Below are positions 47,011-61,106 of a stretch of DNA of 64,000 bases, piece by piece (the first letter of the stretch is position 1; each line of letters begins with the position of its first letter). The stretch is taken from the NCBI GenBank assembly GCA_951406725.2, contig OX597823.1, positions 56,606,001-56,670,000 on the forward strand, written 5' to 3'. The notes beneath the pieces were generated by a model. That model did no database searches. It saw only the letters and a list, made by a program, of their open reading frames with translations, and had not been told where the DNA came from. The position numbers and the translations under genes were made by a program. This DNA comes from Octopus vulgaris (lineage: Eukaryota).

Positions 47011-48249
47011 TATATAGAAGCGTCACTTACTATCTCAGAATTTATGGTTCAACCTTCTTTTTGTAGCAACTGTCTTCTATGGCTTTCACGTAATTATTGG
47101 CTCAATATTTTCTATTTAACATTCAACAGAACATCCTCCTTGGAACTATGTTGGCCTGCTGAGTGTTAAGTGTCTTGGTCTTGTCTGAAGCTCAGTAGCG
47201 TTAACACAAACCAACCTCTGTTATATCAACTCACCATCTGCGCATCAATTTTGTATCACAGTGGCAAGCTGAAATCCTATCATTTACATAAAATGAGGAA
47301 GAGAATGCAATTTCCGGAAGTCAATACGGCTAATTACCTTATAATAATTTCCAGAAGTCTGTATAGATAATTGCTCTATATTTATCTCCGGAAGTCGATG
47401 TGGTTAATTACACTAGAGTATTTAGTACTTGTAAGCCTTTATCAGCGGTAGAAGACAGTAAGAAATACAACAATATTATTGATGTTATTGTTATTGTTGT
47501 TGATCTTCATGTCAACCCTGATGAAGCGGACGTGAGATCAAGAACATACAAGATGTGACAATACTGTGTTTTCGTTTTATATACAAAATATAATCTACCT
47601 AGAGCAACACTGTACATTGCGTTTTTCCTTTTTTAAATTATGCGGTATGATTGAAGGAAAATTTAACTGCTAATTTTTGCAGATTGAACTACAATCATAT
47701 AGACAACCTTTCACTGATTCAGCTGCTGCATTAAAACGCTCTGTCACTGACCACTTTGATATAAGACTTCCTACTCGTAATCTACTAATTGTTACCGTCA
47801 TTCCGTTTGGTCCCTGGAGAAGACAACTAACTTTCCTTGCACTAGTTTGCCTAACAAACAAATTCGCAATCATGAAGTGACTGGGAAGCAAACTTATTAC
47901 CATACAAATTTTGCTGTCTGAATGCATTGAGCTGAAACAGAGACTGCAGAGCATCCCGTCTAACTCTCGGCGAGATTTGAATTCAAAGTGCAAGTGGAGA
48001 CAGTTAAAATCCTGCCGAGGGTACCACTTATCATTCTAACCAACATTCTAACGACTCTACAAACTCGCCACCTTGGTCTTATCCGAAAAATTTGAGTATT
48101 CTGCTGATCCCATTGCATTGGGGGTGCTGCTTTGTTTATTGATTGTTAAAGGACAGGAAGCAAGTTGATCTCGACGACATTTCAACTCAGAGTTCACACA
48201 AATACCAGAAGGTATCCGACGTTCTAACGACTTCCCAATTTTCACTGCT

Positions 48250-48797
48250 TTTATCCTTATTGTTTACTTCTTTCGGTCATTGGACTGTGGCCAAGTGGGG
48301 GCACCGCCTCGAGGGGTTTAGTCGAACAAATCTACATCAATAATAATTTTCTTTAGAGTCTGGTACTTATTCCATCGGTATATTTGTGTCTTTTGACGAA
48401 CTGCTAGTCACGGGTACGTAAACAAACCAACACCAGTTGTTAAGCGGTAGAGAGGGAGACATACTCAAGTATAAACCCACATACACACACATACATGCAC
48501 GCACACACACACATACACAGACGCACACACTCACACACACACACGATAGACTTTCATTCAGTTTCTGACTACCAAATTGACTCAGAAGGCATTGATCGGG
48601 CCAGAGTTACAGTGGAAATATTTGCTCAAAGTGAGGCGCAGCGGGGCTGAACACAAAACCACATGGTTGCAATATGAGCTTCCTAACCACAAATGTTATA
48701 ACTTTTGGTTATGTGGTTAGGAAGCTCATATTGCAACCATGTGGTTTTGTGTTCAGCCCCGCTGCGCCTCACTTTGAGCAAATATTTATAACATTTG
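48250..48797 (-). mobile_element. SINE family A whose head has a 76-bp fold-back duplication
   Basis: 48616-48691 is the reverse complement of 48712-48787 (20-nt loop). Confidence 0.85.
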
Positions 48798-48879
48798 CGT
48801 GCCTATATGAGTGTTCGTGTATACGTAAATGTAAGTTTATATAATATTATATAATTTTAAAAATATTTATTACTTTTAT

Positions 48880-50290
48880 TATAATGATTTAAAACATCAC
48901 CTTCGCAAAAAAATCTACAGCAACAATTCAAATAATAAACTGAGAACAACTACAAATAGTGATAATAAAACGATAATATTGGTAACCAAAATACCGAACA
49001 GAACCAATCCTTCTAGCGCTCGATCTACACTAGCCAACGAAATCAAACAATTATGCTCATGCAGAGACGATCCTATTGTCCTTTGGATAACCAATGTATG
49101 ATTAAGAACGTGGTATACAGGTGTACTATAAACACTAGAGGAAGCCCCTACGTATATATTGGGGCATCGGTCGATTTTTTCAAAAATCGATACCTCAACC
49201 ACATCGCCAGCTTTCGAAATATCCTTAAACGACATATAACATCGCTGGCCGATTTTATCTTGCGGCTTAAGGAAGTGAAGACCTTACATGGTCCATACTT
49301 AGACACGCGAGTCCCTACAACACAATATCCCGGAAATGCCAGTTATGCTCCGAGGAGTCACTATCGATAATGTTAACAAAGGAGCGCATTATAATAAATT
49401 CATTAAACAATTACCCAGATGCCTACATGCAGCTAAACATACATTTACATATTACAATCCCGACTATACACAACTAGATGTATATATGGTGCACAACTCT
49501 AAATACTTGAGGAACTATATTCGAATAACTTGTATTTGACATCTAATCTCGCAATCTAGATCCATATATGCATATGTATATATGTATATATATACATGCA
49601 TATATGTGTGTGTGTGTGTATCTATGTGTATGTGTATATATATATATGTGCATGTGTGTATATGTACATATATCTATGTATATATACACGTGTATACGAG
49701 TTCCTAGACATATATATGCATATATTCGTCCATACGTATGCGTATGCACCTGTATCTAATTGTATGTATATGCCCATATGCTTCGATGTGCGTGTGTGAG
49801 CGCGTATATATACGTGCTTATATATCTATCTCTGTGTGTGTATATATGCGTTAAACACGAACACAAAAATAATTTTCGTCTAAGTATTATCTTTCTTTCA
49901 ACTTCCTTTTCTTTCTCTTAACAGCTACAACAGCGAAAGTTGATTACGTTATTTTCTCTAAACTAGAATGAATACTTTCCACATTCATATTTAAATTTCT
50001 TTGCGATTCAATAATTTTTTCTCTGATTTTACTTATTCTCGATATTTATGGACATATAGCGATACGTAAGCCGACTCAAGAAATCTCTTGTGAGACTTTT
50101 TATTTATGTACCTGAAGAGATCCAGAACGGATCGAAATATGTGTTGTACCCAATAAAGTCTATTACACATTCCATCTCCTAATTTATTACCCTAACTGCC
50201 ACTACGAAGTCCCTGCAGTAAATCTATGGATAACAACAGATAATCGAAACTGTGCCGATGCTTTACTCATCATCCATATATTATACATTT
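48880..50290 (+). mobile_element. Penelope-like element 3' remnant: GIY-YIG endonuclease pseudogene (about 49050-49460) plus terminal repeat
   Basis: CSC..CPLDNQC..NVVYRC..YIGAS..FKNRYLNHIASF..TSLADFI..TWSIL..KCQLC..RCLH, the PLE GIY-YIG signature with Cys-rich linker. Confidence 0.85.
50108..50149 (+). ncRNA. Hammerhead ribozyme motif with canonical core in the Penelope terminal repeat
   Basis: GTAC-CTGAAGA-GATCC AGAAC GGATC-GAAA-TATGTG-T-T-GTAC, followed by AATAAA. Confidence 0.8.
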
Positions 50291-50306
50291 TGTACAATCT
50301 CTCCAT

Positions 50307-50363
<57 letters not shown>

Positions 50364-50452
50364 TATCTATATACATCTATAAACATATACACATTTATAT
50401 ATATATATGTATATACATATATATACATATATATACATATATATAAATATAC

Positions 50453-50517
<65 letters not shown>

Positions 50518-50536
50518 TATACATATCGTAGCAATC

Positions 50537-50890
50537 CGACGGTTATGACGACGAGGATTCCAGTTGATCCGATCAACGAACAGCCTGCTCATGAAATTAA
50601 CGAGCAAGTGGCTGAGCACTCCACAGACACGTGTACCTTTAACGTAGTTCTTGGGGAGATTCAGCGTGACACAGTGTATGACAAGGCTGGCCCTTTGAAA
50701 TGCAGGTACAACATAAACAGGAAGAAAGAATGAGAGAAAGTTGTGGTGAAAGAGTACAACAGGGTTCACCATCACCCCCTCCCAGAGCCTCATGGAGCTT
50801 TAGGTGTTTTCGCTTAATAAACGCTCACAACGCCCAGTCTGAGAATCGAAACCGTGATACCACGACCGCGAGTCCGCCGCCCTAACCACT
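50537..50890 (-). mobile_element. Chimeric SINE: family C head with family D tail
   Basis: Head matches 235-400; tail matches 3980-4160. Confidence 0.75.
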
Positions 50891-51382
50891 CATCCATTGT
50901 GCCTCCCTCTCTCTCACACACACGTACATACACACACACGCACACACATACACAGACACGCACACACATACACAGACATGCACACACATACACACAAACA
51001 CACAAACACACACATATATATATACACTTGTGTGTGTGTGTATAATATACATATATATATATATATGTGTGTGCGTGAGTGTGTAAATATTTCTGTATAT
51101 ACATGTTTGCGTGTGAGAATGTGTATATGTGTGTCCTCAGGAGAAATGCATTGAGCTTGGTGTCTTTTTTGGCAGAACAATTTAACATTCAGTGGCTCCA
51201 GTGATCCTAACTATAAATAGGTATCATGGGATGTACTCTTCATCAAAGATCGAAGTGGGGGTAGAGTGAGTTCAGACATCGAAGATTTGAGACTAGACGC
51301 CATCTTCGGTCAAATGTTTATGCACATGTCCATTTTAGATCCGGTATTTAAATGCGTCTACGAATTTACATAGCTTTCAACA

Positions 51383-51453
<71 letters not shown>

Positions 51454-51645
51454 CCCACACACATGTGTATATGTCTGAGTGCATGTACATGTATGTACAT
51501 ATAGGAATCCATTCCTATCAATCTATAATTATATTTATGGATGTAAACACACGCACTTATTGATATACGTACAAACATACATGCATACATAATACAAACA
51601 TACATGCGTGTATATGCATGCGTATACATACATACTTAAATACAT

Positions 51646-51698
<53 letters not shown>

Positions 51699-52034
51699 TG
51701 TATATATATTAATTCATAAATATATATATCTATATGATGAATATATATATATATATATGCATAGATACATACATGCGGACACACATATAAATACATATAT
51801 GTATGTGTTTGTGTGTGTTTATGAGTATATTGATTTCTTTGGTGTATAGATAGACGCTTGTACAGATATATCTATTGATTTCGATATAAATAACCATTCC
51901 ATCATACAAACACCTATTCATGCACACTCAGATACACAAACATGCGTGGTTAAATATATATATACATTCATTTCTCTCTCTCTCTCACTGTTTATATATA
52001 TATATATACATATATATATGTATATTTATCTGTA

Positions 52035-52126
<92 letters not shown>

Positions 52127-52133
52127 AATATAC

Positions 52134-52186
<53 letters not shown>

Positions 52187-52304
52187 CATACACATAACAG
52201 CACACGATTACACACACCCAGATATATACATACATATATGGATGTATATATTAGACACATGCCCACAGATATGGATGTCTATATACAGATACGTGTATCT
52301 ATCC

Positions 52305-52378
<74 letters not shown>

Positions 52379-52903
52379 TTGTCTGTTTATCTGTCTGTCT
52401 GTCTGTCTGTCTATCTATATTTAAGAACATATATGCGTATAAACACGTATGAACAATATAAATGAAGCATAACTAAATTATAAATACAAACACTATTTAT
52501 AGCCGTGTTTCTGAACGTCTATGTGTATTTGAGCATCTACATGGGCAAATTCATTTACAAATTCGTACTAGCTATTTCTAAGTGCACGCATATGTATGCG
52601 TTTAAATCCCAATACGTATTTTATATAATAGCTTATAGGCATATATCTACGTTACGTACACATAGTCACACAGGCAAACACCTATACAAATACATGTATA
52701 TGACACATAATACATATAGCCATGTACTCCAGCACACGCACAGACACAGAGACACAGACACAGAAACACACGACCCATGGGTAGCCTTCGAGTTTCCCTT
52801 TCTAAAGGGTTTTTCTAACCGATTTTTTTCCACTCTATCATTTATAGCTTTATCTGTTTCGAGTTTCACCGTTCCAAAAAAGAATTATTTTATGCTTGTC
52901 TAA

Positions 52904-53065
<162 letters not shown>

Positions 53066-53219
53066 CTATGTATGCATGCATGTTTGTATGTATGCATGTA
53101 TGTATATCTGCACATTTATTTCGTATTGAGTACTTCCTTCTGCTTGTAAACACAATGTTCCACTCATGCATATACAAATATTAACACTCACACATATATA
53201 CATATGTACATATATATAC

Positions 53220-53357
<138 letters not shown>

Positions 53358-53879
53358 GTGTACAAAGATGCACACACGCATTCACACATATACATACATA
53401 CACACGCATACACACCCATATGTATACAGACACTCACACATACACGCATGCACACTGGCTGTTGTTTAATGGTGTGCAGTAAAAGATAAGAAAGCAATGT
53501 TTATACATGAAAATCAATTGGGATTGAAGATCAAGTTAAGATTGATCGTGTTGTCGAGATTGATGCTAAAAATATACTCATACAAGAATCATCTAACCTT
53601 GTAACCCCATGCATATATGCACCCCAAATCACCCAGGCACCTACTCCGTCCAAATGGAAAATGTATCCCTCCAAAAAAGAAGTAAGGAAAAAAAAATGCT
53701 AAATAAAACAATGAAATATACAAACCATTGACCGATCGAAATAGTTTCAGTTTTGTACAAGTCTGAAACTACAGTCTCCAATGGCAACTGTATATCCCAC
53801 ACTGAGAGAATGGAATTGTGAATAAATCTGTTCCGTGATAGTTGTTGAAGTTTTTTGTTAATAGATATACATAGGTATA

Positions 53880-54041
53880 GCCGCGAGCGTGGCTATGCGG
53901 TAAGAAACTCGCCTCCCAACTGCATGGTTCCAGGTTCAGCCTCACTACGTGGTACATTGGGCCAGTGTCTTTTACTATAGTTCCGGGTCGACCAAAGCCT
54001 TATTGAGTGGATTTAGTAGATGGAAACTGAAAGAAGCCTGT

Positions 54042-54092
<51 letters not shown>

Positions 54093-54670
54093 TCTTATTT
54101 ATATATAGGCTGGAGCACTGCCTTGAAGGGTTTTAGTCGAAGAAATCGACCCCAGGACTTATTCTTTGTAAGCCTAGTACTTATTCTATCGGTCTTTTTT
54201 GCCGAGTCACTAAGTTATGGGAACGCAGACCCATCAACGCCAGTTGTCAACCGGTCATGAGGGAACAAATACAGACACAAAGGCACACACACACATAGAT
54301 ATATGCATACATGTATATATACGATGGGCTTCTTTCAGTTTCTGTCAACCAAATCCACTCACAAGCCTTTGGTCGTCCCGGGGCTATAGTAGAAGATACT
54401 TGCCCAAGGTGCCACGTCGTAGGAGTGAACCCGGAACTATGTGGCTGGAAACAATCGTATTACCACACAGCCACGCATGCACCTGTATATACGTATGTAT
54501 CTATGTGTGCGTCTTTAAGTGTGTTTGTGTTTGCCCTCCACCACTGCTTGATAACCGGTGTTGGTTTGTTTACGTCTCGGTAATCGAGCGGTGCGGCCTA
54601 GAGCGAGAGAATAATAACCAAGCTTTTAAAAATAAGTCAAGTTATGGTCACAGTCCAAATACTGAAACAG
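53880..54670. mobile_element. SINE A (+) interrupted by a second SINE A (-, 54105-54485)
   Basis: Plus head at 53880-54045, minus copy, then plus tail at 54520-54670. Confidence 0.7.
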
Positions 54671-54884
54671 GTCAAAGGTCTGTCTCTCTATCTGTCTGTC
54701 TGTCTGTCTGTCGGTCTCTCTCTCTCTCTCTCTATCTATATACATATATCTGTGTTATACACATATTACAGCTGTTGGCAAATCATATACATTTATATAT
54801 ACAGATATATATATATATATATATAATCCCTGCCCAATTCAAGATCACAACATATAGGTACACTGCAACATAATTTCTTTTCGT

Positions 54885-55135
54885 CTTTCAGGCCCTGCCC
54901 TGTTTAACATTGGACCAAAACCGATTAAAGAGGAAAAGGATCCCATCACCTTTAAACGGAGTCTGGACATATTTCTTCAAGGAATATCAGATACCTGGAT
55001 ACAACTCACTCAACAAGAACTCACTACTTGAATGGACAATAAACAAAACTTGACTTAAAAAGGATTTAGATAATCCTATCAGGTGGTGCTATTAAGTTAG
55101 ACATGGCCTGGACCAATCTTTGGCCGAAACATAGC
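54885..55135 (+). mobile_element. CR1-group LINE 3' end (second family)
   Basis: GPALFNIGPKPIKEEKDPITFKRSLDIFLQGISD resembles the ORF2 end at 25915-26030; tail GGTGGTGC...CATGGCC...GCCGAAAC. Confidence 0.6.
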
Positions 55136-55147
55136 TAAGTTTTATCT

Positions 55148-55195
<48 letters not shown>

Positions 55196-55489
55196 TATGC
55201 ATGTATTCACGTTATATATATGTAAGGCATATATTATATCATACTTGTATGCATAATGTATATTATACATATGTGCATGTACGAGAAAAATATTCCCTAC
55301 TTGTACTCAGTAATTGAAAATCAAGATAGAAACCTGTGGTATGAGTTTTAGCAATAAAAGAATGTAGCTGAATACTGTATATCATTTTTCAAGAGCTCCG
55401 TCGATTAAGTAAATTCAACGTACTTAACAACACCAACGACGACGACAATAATAATAGTAGTAGTAGTAATGATAATAATAATAATGATG

Positions 55490-55629
<140 letters not shown>

Positions 55630-55795
55630 CCTTTCTACTATAGGCACGAGCCCTGAAATTTTTGGGGAAGGAGCAAGTCGATTACATCGACCCCAGTACT
55701 CAACTAGTACTTAATTTATCGACCTCGAAAGGATGAAAGGTAAAGTCGACCCCGACGGAATTTGAACGTAGCGACAGACAAAATAACGCTTAGCG
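55630..55795 (-). mobile_element. SINE family B with long (ATT)n tail (55450-55629)
   Basis: CTTTCTACTATAGGCAC...GAAAGGATGAAAGG. Confidence 0.75.
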
Positions 55796-55962
55796 GGGCC
55801 AAACAACCATAGAAAATCCAGTAACAGGTTCCTGGTGTTTTTATAAGAAATTGGAAAGAAGATTCCACAAAAGCAGCACCAAATGGGTGTAAGCAATGAT
55901 TATAGTGAGGACTTACACAGATCGTTCGAAAACATGGCCGTCGTACTCTGCAGATAATACTG

Positions 55963-56035
<73 letters not shown>

Positions 56036-56060
56036 TAATAATAATAACAATAATAATAAT

Positions 56061-58317
56061 AAAAAAGAAAAAGAAAGCAAAATATCCTCGCCAAAGCAAC
56101 AAAGAATTCGTCGGTAGGAGAAACGCCAACATTTCTTTGAACAAAATTAGCAGTTCAACTCCAACCCCAAGGATTCTACCAAGAACTTGGCAAAAATAAA
56201 ATAGAGATCAATGCAGCACCAACTGCAGAAGAAGTGGGAGAATTTTGGAAAGAAATATGGTCGGTGGAGGAACAACTTCAGAAAAGGTCTATCAAAAAAA
56301 CGAACTCAGCACCTGAACAACCTGGACCTCTATAACAACTACTGAAGAGGTCACACAGGCACTGCAAAAACAAATTGTTTCCAGAAGAGCAGAAGGGATG
56401 CTGCAAGGGCTCATACGGCTGTAAAGATCAGCTAAGGATCAATAAAGTCATAACTGAAGACACCGCAGAAAGAAGAAGGATCTAAGTATGGCTTGGATCG
56501 ATTACCGAAAGGCTTTTGATAGTATTCCTCACACATGGATCCTAGAAACACTAGCCATGAACAAGTTAGCACCAATAATCCTACAATATATGACACATTC
56601 AATGGATAAGTGACAGATAGAGCAACAGCTCCAGACAAAAGAGTGACTCATAAAAAACAAAGCCATCCCCATTAGAGGACGAATATTCCAGGGAGACACG
56701 TTCTCTCTACACCTTTTCTGCTTGGCACTGACACCTTTATCTGACATGCTAAACAGAACTGGATGTAGATTCAACTGTAATGGCAAAATAATCAGCCATC
56801 TCTTATATATGGCTGATCTAAAACTGCACACTACAAATGATAAACAGATGGAAATATTAATAGACTACATGGATTTACCAAAGAAATAAACATGAAATTT
56901 GGCATCGAAAGCAACCTTGTAAATAGGAAAACTAGTTAAGAGTAGCAACGTCACACTAGATAAAACAAATGAAATAACAGAATTAGACCAAAACCAGATA
57001 TACAAATACTTACGAATCAACACACACAAATGAAAGAAAAAATATAAAAAAGAATACTACAGACGAGTTATATTCACACTGAAAACAAAGCTAAATGCGA
57101 AAAACAAGATAATAAGAATCAACACTCTAGCTGTCCCAGTTATAAGTTACAGCTACAATATGCTTAACTGGACACTAAATGAACTAATCAAAATAGACTG
57201 GAAAACAAGAAAAATAATGACAGGATTTAGGATGCACCACCCCAAATCTGACATAGAAAGGTTATATATGCAACGTATAGAGGGTGGTAGAGGCCTTATA
57301 CAGCTAGAAAACTATTACAAAATAACCACCATAGGACTACAAATATACCTACTTCAGAAGCAAAGAAAACTAATACAAATAGCCATGAACAAAACAAAAA
57401 ACTGTTTTCAGTCTTTAAGGGAGCTGACAAATACAAAAAAGAAGTCAGAGTACCTAACAACAAAAGCTGTAAAACAACTGAAATCCGAACTAAAACTAGA
57501 ACAGCAACGGATCATGATAAAACGATGGCAAGAAAAGCCCCTTCATGGCAAATACCGAGTTAAACTAAGACTAAAAGAAAAAGACAGACCTAAGCCTACC
57601 CACCAAAATTGACCAAAAACATATAATGAAAAGAAACATAACAAGTAACTGTAGAATATGTGGAGATGGACAATAAACAATAAACCATATTGTCTCCTGC
57701 TGCCCAGTCCTGGCTAAGAAGGAATATATTCACAGACACGACAGAGTTGGGATCTATATACACTGGAAGCTATGCCAACACTATAGAATAACAAAAAAAA
57801 AAAAAGATGGTATAGCACACACCAGAAAAGGTCACAGAAAATGAGAAAGGAACCATACTTTGGGATATACCAATACACACAGATAGAGAAATTAAGGCCA
57901 ATAGGCCAGATATAGTTGTCAGAGATCACCAAGAAAAAATGCTTTCTAATCGATCTATCAATACCAGCAGAAGACAACGTTTCTCTAAAAGAAATGGAAA
58001 AACTTTCAAAATACAAAAACCTGGAAACGAAGGTAACTCGAATGTGGAGTCCAAAAACAGAAACAATTCCTATCATAGTAGGTGCATTAAGTAAAATAAA
58101 AAAAATATTCAGACAAATACATAACAAAATCACCAGGACTAATAAGTATATATAACATACAGAAAATAGCACTACTAGGCACTGCACACATCCTACATAA
58201 AACACTTTCCATACAGTAACCATAAGAGCATCACAACAAACAACAGAACATAACCCAAGGCACACAGAGCTGCGCTCAGTAGTGAAGTGAAAGCACGTTA
58301 TAAAAATAAGACTATTG

Positions 58318-58318
<1 letters not shown>
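56061..58318 (+). pseudogene. 5'-truncated R4/Dong LINE (RT, zinc knuckle, RLE, 3' UTR), internally deleted, inserted in (AAT)n
   Basis: FWKEIWS, RIFQGDTFS, ISHLLYMADLKL, RIEGGRGL, KPLHGKY, CRICG..INHIVSCC, RHD, ILWDIPIHTDREIKANRPDIV; 3' end closely matches 45661-46198. Confidence 0.92.
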
Positions 58319-58394
<76 letters not shown>

Positions 58395-58406
58395 CAACAA
58401 CAATAA

Positions 58407-58619
58407 TCCTTTCTACTATAGGCGTAAAGCCTGAAATTAGGGACATGGGGGCCAGTCGATTAGATCGACCTCAGTACGCAACTGGTACTTAATTTATCGA
58501 CCCAGGAAGGACGAAAGCCAAAGTCGACATCGGCAGAATTTGAACTCAGAACGTAAAGACAGACGAAATACCGCTACTCATTTCGCACGGCGTGCTAACG
58601 ATTCTGCCAGCTCGCCGCC

Positions 58620-58690
<71 letters not shown>

Positions 58691-58691
58691 A

Positions 58692-58726
<35 letters not shown>

Positions 58727-58962
58727 CATCATCATCATCATCATCATCATCATTTCTACTACAGGCACAAAGCCGGAAATTTTGGGGAAGGTTGTAGCCG
58801 ATTTCATCCACCCCAGTACTCAAATGGTACTTTATTTATCGACTCGAAATGATGAAAGGCAAAGTCATCAGCGGCGGAAATTGAAATCATAACATAAGAA
58901 CGGACGAAATGTCACTAAACATTTTGTCCGGCATATTAACAATTCTGACAGTTCGTCACCCT
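58407..58962 (-). mobile_element. Two SINE family B copies separated by AAT/GAT/CAT repeats
   Basis: Full copy at 58407-58620, diverged copy at 58752-58962. Confidence 0.8.
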
Positions 58963-58987
58963 CATAGTAACAATAATTTTTACGTAG

Positions 58988-59046
58988 CAAAAACGGGAAA
59001 ACATAAATGTGTTGACATTGTGAGTAGTAATTCTCTCAAGAAGTTG
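58988..59046 (+). other. Candidate 59-nt exon, copy 2 (KTGKHKCVDIVSSNSLKKL)
   Basis: TTTTTACGTAG| acceptor, |GTTGGT donor. Confidence 0.3.
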
Positions 59047-59057
59047 GTTGGTATCCT

Positions 59058-59129
<72 letters not shown>

Positions 59130-60487
59130 CACTACTACTTGTTCCCATAGGTACTGCCCACATCCCAAGAAAAACACTGTCAACCTGAAAATAGCTGAAT
59201 TTTTTAAAACTTTCAAAATCGATATATTTATTACAAATTTGATAGAATCATAGTTCTCAGAATCTAGTCTCCTTTCCCTACAATACGCTATTGCTAATCA
59301 TAAATAACTCCCATATTAGAACGTTCCAAACTGTTGTTACTTGAGGTCTCTGGTTGAGACATGTAACAGCTCATATAAAACAAAGCAACTGCAACAAAAT
59401 GTGATAATGATAATAATATTTTTTCTAATTTCTTCTAATTTTGGTACAAGGCCAGCATTTTTGAGGGGAAAGGACAAGTGGATTATATAGAACGCCGATA
59501 AGCAACTGCTACTTATTTTATCGACTCCTAGGCAGGATTTGAACCAGAACAGATCGATTTGATTCTTGAATATGAGATTATTCTTCCATTCAAGAACCGA
59601 ATTCTGAACTAAAACTCTGAGCTAGTCTCTTCATGCAAGCACAAAATCTTAAAAACTCTGAAACATTTCAAACCAATACTTTTTTTATAACGGTTAAACA
59701 TGGAAATATCTCACAACCATCTCATCCTTCCTTCTACTCCATAAATTATCCGCATAGTATACATAAAAAAAAACAAACATTTTTATGGTTTTACATTGAG
59801 CAAGTACTGTGAAAATTATGTAAAAGTTTTCTTATCTCCAACCACAATCTCCACAAAAGTATTTCTAACATAAGTCCACAAACCTACATACACTCACATT
59901 AATATATATTTGTATGCAAGCAAGTTGGAAGACCTTTTTCCTAATTTTTCTTTTTTAAAATGTTTTTTAAAATTTAGAATATAACATTTTAAAATCAATT
60001 GTCAAAGCAAAGGATTAAATCCAATAAAACCAAAGATAAAACTAAAACCATCGGCAGATCCGCTGGTAAAAAAAAAAAAAAATTCTTGTATCTACCTTCA
60101 TCCGTTTTGTGAATCACTAAAAAGCAATAACATGTTCTGAAGCGGAAACAACTAAATATACTCACCTGCTTACAAAGTTCTATATGCATGAATAAATTCT
60201 AAACAATAACAAAACCTCAAATTTAATCAATAAAAATTTCTCCAAAATATCTCTCGATCAAAACCTACCCTGCGACCTAATTAACTTCCCACTCAAACCG
60301 ACATATCCAAGGAAGATTTTTAACTCGACAGAGACTCTATAAAGTTAAGCTTAACTGCAATGTACCGCAGCCCGACCATTGCTTAACTGATCGAAACTTC
60401 GAAGTTACTGTCAATAATTTTCTTGTTTAAGAATTTTAAATCTGTAATCTACAAAGTATGGAGTAACCTCCAGATCAATAAAAAAAA

Positions 60488-60708
60488 TTTTGTTCCACCA
60501 GGGTTTGCAGAACATCCTCATCGAGCTCTACAGATCGTTCAGAACGATGCTCGTCTTCTAGGCAGTGGTTTCCAGCTCGGAATTTCTGGAACCACCGTTG
60601 ACACCGGCTTATGCTTATTGTCCGATCCCCATATACCACATTAATATTCCCCGCACTTTCCGTTGCTTTGTTGCCTTTATTGAACTCATAAATTAAAATA
60701 TTGAACAT
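60488..60708 (-). mobile_element. Mariner transposase HTH fragment
   Basis: ILIYEFNKGNKATESAGNINVVYG...QRWFQKFRAGNHCLEDEHRS; homologous to 61300-61525. Confidence 0.85.
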
Positions 60709-60809
60709 AGAAACAAAATTTAGTATATTCTTCTATTCTTTAACTAGGTCATTTGTCTGCGGCCATGCTGGAGCGGTCATACCTCGAAGGGTTATTAGTC
60801 AAACAAATG

Positions 60810-61022
60810 AAGGCGGCGAGGTGGCAGAATCGTTAGCACGCCAGGGGGTAAAATGCTTAGCGGTATTTCGTTACTATTTATGTTGAGTTCAAGTTCCGTT
60901 GAGGTCGACTTTTTCTTTCATCCTTTCGGGGTCGATAGGATAAATACCTGTTGAGCAATGAGGTTGATGCTATCGACTTATCCCCTCTCCAAACTTACTG
61001 GCCTTGTGCTAGAATTTTAAAT

Positions 61023-61023
<1 letters not shown>
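60810..61023 (+). mobile_element. SINE family B
   Basis: GGCGGCGAGGTGGCAGAATCGTTAGC...TTTCATCCTTTCGGGGTCGATA. Confidence 0.8.
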
Positions 61024-61098
<75 letters not shown>

Positions 61099-61106
61099 GT
61101 GTGTGT

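Noticed and set aside
47670-47993. Non-repetitive-looking ORFs with a plausible AG acceptor
   Set aside because: Overlap degenerate SINE head and tail motifs; no recognisable domain
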